Shown: positions 54,607 to 64,000 of the stretch, in pieces
Numbering within the stretch: the first letter of the stretch is position 1
How the letters are laid out: each line of letters opens with the position of its first letter
Source: the human T2T-CHM13v2.0 reference genome, Homo sapiens
Direction: 5' to 3' (one strand)
Length of the DNA: 64,000 bases
NCBI RefSeq assembly: GCF_009914755.1
Contig: NC_060944.1
The notes under the pieces: generated by a model
Database searches by the model: none
What the model saw: only the letters and a program-made list of their open reading frames with translations
Told to the model about the DNA's origin: nothing
Translations under genes and position numbers: made by a program

Positions 54607-54718
54607 TGCAATGCACATACTCACCGTGGAGCCCGGCACGCAGGGTAAAGACTCGCTGGGTTTGCATTGCACATTCTCACTGAGGAGCCCGGCACGCAGG
54701 GTTCAGACTCGCTGGTTT
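54607..54718. repeat. Tandem duplication, 2 x 56 bp
   Basis: Units start at 54607 and 54663 and share GGAGCCCGGCACGCAGGGT..AGACTCGCTGG. Confidence 0.9.
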
Positions 54719-55207
54719 TGGGTTGGTGGACTTCATTTTCTTTCACGCTGCTGCTTGCCCAGTGGGTGTAGACAGCAAGAAAATGAAGAAAATCAGTCCA
54801 AGGCCCCTTGCCATGGCTGTGCCAGTCACTCACTTTTAACCTGCGCAAGTTCTGATTTATTCTAAGCCAACTGCCTTCATCAGAGAAATGGAGATAATGG
54901 GGATAATGCTTTACTGGGTAGTTTGGAAGATCAAATAAGGTCGTGTCGGTCAAGATAATAGCATTGACTGTCATTGATTGAGTGCCTGCCACGCCTGGGC
55001 ACCATGCTAAGTGCTTTGCAGGCAGGGCACTGATTTGCTCCTACTTTACATTGGAGGATAGGGAGGCACAGAAAGGCGAGGGAACCCACTCAAGGTCATT
55101 TGGCGCAGTAAGGAGCCAGGACTCCAACCCATATCTAAGCTGGTGCTCTAACTCATTACGCGTTTTTATAAAGCACCAGACTGTAAATATTTTCAGCTTG
55201 GCAGGTC

Positions 55208-56281
55208 TGAGTGGAACACAAGAACTCAATGAAAGTGCTTTTTCTATTCTGTCACTCACAACAATCAACACAGAAGACCTCTGTGATCAAATGTGGCAGG
55301 GAGGGGTTTCCCATACACACAAAGCAAGCAATCAGTTCTGCAGCAGGCCCAAGCTGGGTGTCCTCTAATGCAATTCCGTGGAGATAGCACCAGGTCCCGC
55401 AGGTTGAGGGCTGAGTCCCCGAGACTGCTTCCCACCCAATTTCAGTGCCAATCACAAGCCCCGGGTTGTTTTACCAGGGCTTCTGCCCGAGGGGCTGTAA
55501 ATTGGAGTTCCCAAAAGCCCTTCCTTGGGCTTAGTGAATTTGCTAGAGTGACTCACAGAACTTATGTTTAACAGTTTATTACAAAGGATATTTCAAAGGA
55601 TACAAATACACAGCCAGATGAAGAAACATGTAGGGTGAGGTCTGGAAGGGTCTGAGTGCAGGAGCTTCTGTCTCCATGGATTTGGGATGCACCAGCTGTC
55701 TGGCATGTGGATGAATTCTTGTTCACCTTCCTGCCTCCTGGAAGCTCCCCAAACCCTGTTCTCTTGGACTTTTTATAGAGACTTCTTTGATAGGCAACCA
55801 CGTAGAAATGTGACTGGACAAAAAGATCTGGTCTAATACTAACGGGCCGAGTGGGGAACTCCAGTAAAGCCTGTCTGTTCAGATTCTTCTAGGCCTCCTC
55901 ATACAGCATTCCTTCCTCCAGAGTGTGGGACAGAACCCATTCTGAAATGGGCCTCTTGTGACCTGTAATTAGACAAAATAGGTCAGAAAATATTTTTGTT
56001 GCTAGTTCCCAGAGAGGCAGGGGAAGATTCCTGCTTTGGGGAGAAAAGGAAGCAAGTGAAAGGAGGGAAGGGGAAGATCAGAGAGACAGATTCTGTTTCT
56101 AGGCCTGTTCCTGAGGCCTAAAGCACACAAGGTAGTAAGAAAGGCTATGGGAGTTATGAGCCATGAATGAAAACCTCTCTCTCTCGATGTATACATATAT
56201 ATACGTACACACACACACACATATGTATATATAGTTATCATATATGTTTTATATATCTATAGATAACCTAATATCACCACA
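55208..56281 (-). mobile_element. MER21-type solo LTR
   Basis: TG...CA ends with 4-bp TSD GGTC (55204-55207, 56282-56285). MER21 signature 'gaatttgctagagtgactcacagaac...tttattacaaaggatatt..aaaggataca'. Confidence 0.85.
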
Positions 56282-56440
56282 GGTCTCTCTTGTATCTACT
56301 CAACTACTCAACTCTGCCACCGTAGCACAAAAGCAGCCATAGACAATCAATGAACAAATGGGTGCGGCTGTTTTCCAAGACAACATTATTTACAAGTCAG
56401 GCCGTAGGATGGGGAGGGGCTGCAGAAGGGTTGAAGGGTC

Positions 56441-56797
56441 TGTCTTTGTCCCTTTGGGCTGCTATAACAAAACACTATAACCTGTGTGGCTTGTAAACAA
56501 CGGGAGTTTATTTCTCACAGTTCTGGAGTCTGCCAAGTCCAAGATCAAGGCACCGGCAGATTCAGTGTCTGGAGGCCCCACTTTCTGGCTCATGGATGAT
56601 GTTGCATGTGTCCTTGCATGGGGGAAGGGGAGAACTCCAGCCTCTGCAGCCCCTCATAAAGGCACCCATTCCATTCAGAGGGCCCCACCCCCATGACTGA
56701 ATCACCTCCCAAAGGCCCCACCTCCTAACACCATCACACTGAAGATGAAGGTTCAGTGTATGAATTTCACAGGAACATGAGCATTGAGTCCATAAGA
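56441..56797 (-). mobile_element. MLT1A-like LTR
   Basis: 'ggctgctataacaaaac...tttatttctcacagttctggag...aagtccaagatcaagg...atcacctcccaaaggccccacctcc'. Confidence 0.85.
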
Positions 56798-56925
56798 GAG
56801 TTTTATTTGGAGTGTTGGAAGTGCCTGGAACTAGATAGAGGGGTACACTGGGAATGTACTAAGTGCCACTGAATTGCTGGCTTTAGGATGGTTAATGTTA
56901 TATGAATTTCACTTCAATAAATTAT
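56798..56925 (+). mobile_element. L1M 3'-end fragment
   Basis: 'ctggaactagatagagg...aatgtactaagtgccactgaattg...tatatgaatttcacttcaataaa' is an L1MB-type 3' terminus. Confidence 0.75.
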
Positions 56926-57089
56926 TTGTAAAAATCAGGCAATAGACCCAATTTGGCCCACAAGCCATAGTTTGCTGACCCCAGCAAGCTATCCCTTGTC
57001 CCAAACTAAGTTAGATGTAGATATCTGAGAGAAGTTAGAGATCAAGTCTTTATCAGCTGCCAGCACCTTAAGTTGATTGCTTCCATATA

Positions 57090-57345
57090 GACAGAGGCTC
57101 TTGAGTCAGGCAGGAGGGATCTACAGTCTGGGTGTTCAGTGCCAGCCCAACTGGGTTTGCACCGTGGCTGTGCCAAGTGGTAGCGGAGTCATCCCAGGCA
57201 AATCATTCAGTATCTCTGGTTTCGTTTCGGAGGTCTTTAAGATGGGGACAATAAGGATTCCTTCCTTATGGAGTTAAGAGGATCGGCTGAGTTAATACAG
57301 GTGAATTATCCAGACAGAGCCCAATGCATAAGTATCTCACCTACG
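57090..57345 (+). mobile_element. MIR
   Basis: 'ggcaaatcattcagtatctctgg...tctttaagatggggacaataag' MIR core. Confidence 0.65.
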
Positions 57346-58933
57346 AGTTTGCAATCACTTTAATGTTAATAAATGAAGGGGCTTTCCTTACCCACGAGCT
57401 GCTGCTTGCTAACACGAGAGCTCCCTCAGGCAGCCCTGTGTTTTCAGAGTTGGCACAAGCAAGCCACGGGTAGGTATCGTAACAAAGGCAGTCAGGGCAG
57501 TTCGAGGCAGATGTGGCTTCTTCCCAGGAGCCGGCAGGTGCTGTGAGCAAAGCCCAGGCCTGATAACGCCTGTTTCTCAGGAGGTAGAGCCACACACATG
57601 GCCTGAATCTCTCCATTCTTCAGCGCTCACAGCCCCTAGAAGTGCCCAGCTGACAGTGGAAGAGGCTTCATCTTGGCCACGGAAGGTTGGCCTTTCCCTG
57701 GGTGTGGGTCAGGGCTCAGGAAAGAAACTGACCATGAACTGACACTGGTGATGAAGAGTTTGATAAGGAGGTATTTTCCAGATGTAGGCAGGTTGAAAGA
57801 ACCCTGGGCTGCTAATAATGGAGGAACCACTTCTGCCCCAGTGCCTGTAGGAGCAAGGAGGGTAGCAGTTATGGCAACTGAGAGAGGGAATCTGTGAGGA
57901 GCCACAGCTGCATGAAACCAGCCACCCGATGGAAACGGGGGCTTCAGAAGAAGGGCAAGGCCAACCTACTGCACTGGAGCAGAGAGAAAACCAGAGGAAC
58001 AAATGCCTCAACCATTCTTCATCCTCAGATGTGTTCTCCCTTCAGGGGCCAAAGCTGAACAGCAGCCGCTCTAGGCTGAGACCATCTCCACGGCAACCAT
58101 TTCAACCAACAGTTGAAAGTTCAACAAAAATCCTAGAGAAGGTTCTGATTCTCCAGGATGGAGTCTTCACTGTTGCCAGTGGGAGAAAGCATTCTGATTG
58201 GCTAATCCTTGTGTGCAAAGGGGTTCAGACAAGAAAGAGAAGCTCAGAGACCCAAGAATAAAGGAAGAGCAGCAGGCGGCAGAGGATGATTGTATCTGCT
58301 GACATCTGCCACACTCATTTTTTCTCAGAAAGAGGCTGTTCCAACCTTCCCTGGAATCACCAGTATTTTGCAATGACCTTCCGCAGGAGCCTACAGATCT
58401 CCCTGTTTCCCCCGCCCCCTCTTTCTTCTCCTCTTTTCTCCTATTTCTTAAAGAATAGACTGTTTCTTAGAGCAGTTTTAGACTCATAACAATATTGAGT
58501 GGAAGATACAGAGATTCCCCACATATATACCCTGTTCCCACATGTGCACAGCCTCCTCCATTATCAGTGTCCTTCACCAAAGCAGTGCATTTGTTACTAT
58601 TGCTAATCCTACATTGACAGGTCATTATCACCCAAAGTCCATAGTCTACGTAGGGCTTACTCTTGGTGGTAGACCTTCTATAGGTCTTGACAAATGTATA
58701 ATGGAATGCATCCACCATTACCGTGTCATGCAGAACAGTTTCACTGCCCTAAATATCCTCAGTGTGCCACCTATGCATCCTGCCCTCCCTCTAAACCCTG
58801 GCAACCGCTGATCCTTTTTCTGTCTCCAAAAAGTTTTGCCTTTTCCAGAATGCCACATATTTGAAGTAATACAGTATGTAGCATTTTTGGTTGGCTTCTC
58901 TTGCTTAGTAATATGCATTTAAATTTCTTCCAA

Positions 58934-59278
<345 letters not shown>

Positions 59279-59454
59279 TCACTGTTTGTTTATCCATTCA
59301 CGAACTGAAGAACATCACTGTCGCTTCCGAGTTCTGTCAATAATGAATGAAGATGTCATGAACATCCATATGCAGGTTTTTGCGTGGCCATACATTTTTA
59401 TCTCATTTAGGTCATTACCAAAGATTGAGGTTGCTGGATTGTATGGTAAGACCA

Positions 59455-60017
59455 CAGTACTCCCTTATCCCACGGGGACAAGTCCCAAGACCCACAGTAG
59501 ATGACTAAAACTGCATGAATTTCTTTTTCCTTTTTGACAATTCTGTGGATAGAAGATTCGTTTTTACTGTAGGTCTTAGCAACCTCAGCATACCATATTT
59601 TTTCTTTCCTTATTAAGTCTAGAGCTTTCCTGTTTTCACTTAAAGCACTTTATGGCTTCTCTTTGGCATATCTGAATTGCCAGCATCAATAATCTCGCCC
59701 TTTGGGCCCACTATTAAGTAAAATAAGGGTTACTTGAACACTAGCACTGTGAGGCTGTGACAGTCAATCTGATTACCGAGACAGCCACTGAGTAGCCGAG
59801 GGGCAAGCAGCATAGGCAGTGTGGAGACCCCGGACAAGGGATGGTTCACATCCCAGGTGGGACAGAGCAGGACAGCCAGAGATTTCATCATGCTATGAAG
59901 AATGGGATGCAATTTAAAACTTATGAATTGTTTATTTGGGGAATTTTCCAGTTTTTTTTTCACACCATGGTTGACGGAAACAGCAGAAAGTGAAACTGTG
60001 GACAAAGAAGACTATTG
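59455..60017. mobile_element. MER44 (Tigger7-derived) DNA transposon
   Basis: TIR CAGTACTCCCTTATCC ... GGACAAAGAAGACTATTG. Internal 'caatttaaaacttatgaattgtttattt'. Confidence 0.85.
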
Positions 60018-61396
60018 TGTGTTGAGCTTTGTAAGAAATTGCAAAAATGTCTTCCAAAGGAGCTTAACTCTTTTGCATTCCTACCAGCAGTGAATGGGAG
60101 TTCCTGTTGCTCCACTTCTTTGCCAGCATTTGGTGTCATCGGTGTCCTGGGTTTTGGGCACTCTAGTAGGTGTGTAGCATCCTTGTATTTATTTATCCTA
60201 AATGTGGATTAAGTGCCTCTCCTAGTTTCTCAAAATAGGATTAAAATCATGCTATTTTGGTATTTATCACAACTTCATGGAAAGGTGGGAGGGACAGGAA
60301 GAAGTTGAAGGAAGGCTATGATTTTAAGCCAAGTTCCATCATAGAAGTCGGTCTTCACGAGACGTGCTTCTCCTAAACCCTCAACCGGACACCAGGTTTC
60401 TACACCGACTCTCCAGGACTGTATCCCACGTCCCACCTGCCATCAACAGAAGCATCTTGAATCCTAACTCCTACTATGGGTCTGACCACCTTAAATCTTT
60501 GGGAAACAACAGAAAGACCTCTGCAGCCCGAGCCCGATACACACAAACTCAAATACCAAGCCCAGCTCCCGAGACACACCACCAACTCCAGGTGAATTCT
60601 GTCCAAAGAGCTGACAGCTCTTCAGATGATCGTGCAGCATGATTTCACTTCTCACTGATCAGAATCTCTTCATTCCTCCGCAGGGTTTGGGATTCCTCTT
60701 TGCCAAATCAAAAGGCTCATTGAAGTGCTTTGTGATTTTTTTTTTGGTTAATTTTTTTTTCTGAAATAAAGGACTGATATTCCTCCTAAGGACAGACTCA
60801 AAAATTTCTGCAAGCTTAAAAATAGCAGCATGTCTCCCTTCATACCCATCAAGTATTCAAAAATACAGGGTTGAGTCTCAGAATATCCAGTTTACACAAG
60901 GAAATATTAAAATTAAATTATTGTGAAAATCTATTTTCTGCTGGGAAGAACTGACCTGTGATGTGGCATGATGTTTTCTAGAAAAGCATCTCGATTTTGC
61001 CTGTTCACAGGGAATCATAGCTGGACCTCAGAGGTCTACATGTCGGGAGATCTGTTGGTTTGGCAAAATGCTTTCTCTCTTCTTCCACCCATGTCTGGAG
61101 ATGCATTATAATTAGTCCCTCCTGGGTTCTGTTCTCTATTTTTCTGATTTTTTAAAAAGTACTTTTTAATAGATGAGCTCTCTCTGCCACCCCCAGTCAA
61201 GACTTTGCAGTTTCTGTAATCACAGAGGTAGGAAATCAAAACAACAGAGGAGATTTGGCTCTGAGCTTCTGTGTGTGTCCCTAGCGGTGGGGGACATTTT
61301 GCCCAACAGATTTAACTGGTACCTTTGTGTTCTGAAGATAATGCTACTCCATTATCTGCTATTGTGATAAACATTTTATGATTTCAGAGAAAACCT

Positions 61397-61429
61397 TGTG
61401 TGTGTGTGTGTGTGTGTGCGTGCGCGCGC
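61397..61429. repeat. (TG)11 followed by (CG)n alternating purine-pyrimidine tract
   Basis: Directly visible. Confidence 0.95.
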
Positions 61430-62199
61430 CTCTGCACAGATTGGTTCCTCTTCCTCTTCATTTGGGAATGTTTACCACATCTTCTGGAACTGCTGATTTC
61501 AGTCAGTAAACCAATTGCAATCAATATGGGCATTAAGCATCGATCTAAGAGGCAGAGCAGTCCATGAAGGGGACCAGCCAGCAGCTGCTTCTCTATGCAG
61601 TGTTCTCTTGGACTCTAAGTCATCCCCTGGGCCATCAGGATCCCCATCCCACATCCCATAAGGCCTGGGGGGCCGCAGGCCTGAAAAGACTGAATAACAT
61701 CAGATCTCTCTGGCTCTGCTGAATACAATAGGAGCTCACATCCTCAGGGGATGTGCATACCCTGAACTGTTTCTTCAGAAGCACATTTGTCCTGTGCGCC
61801 TCTGCACACTGTCTTCAGAGTTGTAGGTGCCAGGAGACATCTGACCAGGACTAAAGAACTCACTGACTTACAAAGAACAGTTATGAAAACAATGGTGAAG
61901 GGTCCTTGTTGGAGCGTTGTTGATTGTTGCTGCGCCCATGACTGAGTAGAGCGTCAACGAGGCAGTGAAGAGCCATGTGGAGGCTGATTCCAATGTAACT
62001 GCTGTCCAAACAACACGAGCCCCCACGCAGTTTTTACTATAGGTGGCTGATTTCGGAGCACAACAGTTTGAAAGGACTGAAAAGGAAAGATCCACAGACA
62101 AGATATTTTCCACATGATTTCAAAGGGGTTCTACTTTCCTGAAGCCTCACTTTAGACCCTAAGTTCAGAGCTCTTATTCTCTTAAATCTGCTCTGAAAA

Positions 62200-62843
62200 C
62201 AAGCATGCTTATTTATCCCCTGATTATTTAACAAATACCAATTGAGAGTGTATTAGGTACCAGGCATTGGTGACATCTGGGTGAACAAAACAGATGGATC
62301 CTGTCCTTTGGGAGATTACAGTTTGTTGAGAGAGAACACACTATAAGACAATAATGAACAAGTAGAGTTATAAAATGCACAAGGGCTATAAATAAGCCCA
62401 AATCATGACTAATAGAGATGAACTGGTGCTGACATGGGAGGTCATTTACTCAGAATGCTGGTCCAGAAAGATCTCTGTGAGGAGGTTGCATTTAAGCCAG
62501 GCAGAGAGAGGATGAGGACAAGGGTCCTGAGGTTGGGAGGAAATGGGATGGTCCAGCACGGAGTAGAAGTCAGTGCGGTTCCTCCCGGGGATCCGAGGGG
62601 AGAAGGGGAAGAGGTGAACAGAACTGAATCATGCAGAGTCCTGCAGGACAGGTGGGGGTTTGGGATTTTCTTCTAAGTTTGATAAGAAGCTAAGTACGGA
62701 TGTGACCTATGGCCCATTTTAGGTTTAAGACTCCTCTTCAGCTGTAGTGGAGTGAACTAGAAGGGGCAGGAGTGGGGGAAGCTAACTAGTGCAGTTATCC
62801 TGGTGAGGGCTGATGGCAGGCTGGACTCAGATGGTTGCGGTGG
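62200..62843 (-). mobile_element. L2 fragment
   Basis: 'ttaacaaatacc.attgagag...taccaggcattgg...gtgaacaaaacag' is an antisense L2 3' end. Confidence 0.75.
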
Positions 62844-63432
62844 TGATACCAGCGGGCTAGGGGAGGTCTCCAAATGCCAGTGAGACCTCGACCCCGGCCG
62901 GTGTCAAGGCTCTTGATGCTGTCATGTGAAGGAATTCAAGGATGAGTTGGAAAAAACTACAGAGATTTATTGTGAAGAGAAAAGCTTGCGCTCAAGACGG
63001 GAGTTCAGGAATACTCAAGAGAGTCACACCCGAGGCAACTTGGGACTTCCATCTTTATGGGTTTCTCTAACGGGGGGTGGAATATTCATGAAAATTCCTA
63101 GAAAAATGTAAAGGTTTCTCAAAACTGTGGTGCCACCCGTTTTTACACCAAACATGTGTGTTCCCAGAATTGTCCTGGCACTGATGGGTGTGTGACTCAG
63201 AATGTTAATGAGCATATAATGAGGTCCTAGGTGAAACCTAGGTCAAATCCAGTGCCACGCTGGGTCCAGTGGTCTTAGCCAGCGTGGCCCACATCCTGTT
63301 GTTCAGGGTCCCATTGGCCCCTCTCTTCTGCAGCTATTTCAGCAGTTTCCTTTTGCTAATCATGCGACACTGCTGCCTGGAAGTTTCTAGTCTCCGGTGA
63401 CCACCTGACCACCCTGTATTACTCCTGTCTCA
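62844..63432 (-). mobile_element. MER66-type solo LTR (ERV1)
   Basis: The minus strand begins TGAGACAGGAGTAATACAGGGTGGTC and ends ...GCTGGTATCA. Perfect 4-bp TSD GTGG (62840-62843, 63433-63436). Confidence 0.88.
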
Positions 63433-63469
63433 GTGGGGATGGAGAGAGGTAAAGCAATTTGGGGTACAT

Positions 63470-63640
63470 AAGTGGTGTGCCAGTAAGCCAGCTCTCTGGA
63501 ATAAACAAAGCCCTTAGTGTTAGGGTTTGCCGATTTCCATGGTGTAAATACTCCCACAATGGGCTGACCCCTAGTCACCAGTGCGAGGTCATGGCCGAGG
63601 TGAGAGGCCTCATGTACGGTCCAGCTGCTTCCCCCTGCTG
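63470..63640. mobile_element. MER63-like hAT-Blackjack relic
   Basis: 'agtggtgtgccagtaa...tttgccgatttccatggtgtaaatactcccac'. Confidence 0.6.
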
Positions 63641-64000
63641 GCTGGGAGGAGAAACCTGAGGCCTGTGCATTGACCAGTCTCCCACTGTTTGGTTTGAGTC
63701 ATTGAGAATGGCAGTTCCTTCAGTTGGGAAGGTACAAGACTGCAAGGGACACAGATTTGTGAGTGGGGCAGAGGACCTGCAAAGAAAGGCTGTCTGGAGC
63801 TCCTGCCCTCACAGGTGTCTCCACCAGCCCACAGAGGTCTCTCCCCTTGGAAACCTCTTGCAATGGTGTTGGTTCTACCTGATTAGTCTCTTATCACAAG
63901 CACATGGCCCTGCTCGCTAAGTGTCTGCTCACATAGTTATGCAGAGATCTGTGCAGTAAGTGGTAGCAACAAGAGTGCTGGGCTGGAAATCCAGAGATCA

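Larger units (their letters stand above)
55160..56985. mobile_element. MER58-like element fragmented by nested insertions (pieces ~55160-55207, 56282-56400, 56928-56985)
   Basis: Collinear MER58 pieces 'gtaaatattttcagcttggcaggtc', 'caactactcaactctgcc..gtagcacaaaagcagccatagac' and 'tttggcccacaagccatagtttgctgacccc'. Confidence 0.8.

Noticed and set aside
57620-58000. Possible old LTR fragment
   Set aside because: It has an LTR-like character, but I could not assign a family or termini with confidence.

Overview
Primate, most likely human, non-coding genomic DNA that is rich in repeats. I find no intact protein-coding gene: essentially every ORF in the track is a translation of Alu, L1, L2, LTR or simple-repeat sequence, or a chance ORF. 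Main content: (1) a 5'-truncated class I ERV (MER51-like) at ~4.5-9.65 kb with decayed integrase and gamma-type env remnants, interrupted by a young L1PA2/3 with a perfect TSD; (2) a complete two-LTR MSTA MaLR at 11.0-13.5 kb; (3) solo THE1, MLT1, MER21-like and MER66 LTRs; (4) about 15 Alus; (5) many L2/MIR fragments, including one retaining endonuclease motifs; (6) DNA-transposon relics (MER1A, MER5, MER53, MER58, MER44, Tigger2a, Zaphod/MER115-like, MER63-like). The most unusual structures are a 1.6-kb (CCAT)-type array with a 750-bp higher-order duplication that splits one Alu arm, perfect AT-rich palindromes at 23.3-23.5 kb, a perfect 4 x 28-bp minisatellite, a MER53 hairpin carrying a miR-1302-like 21-mer, and a candidate minus-strand exon at 61.9-62.1 kb. 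Repeat family names come from my recall of consensus sequences and should be confirmed with RepeatMasker/Dfam. I cannot identify the locus and see no convincing novel multi-gene system.
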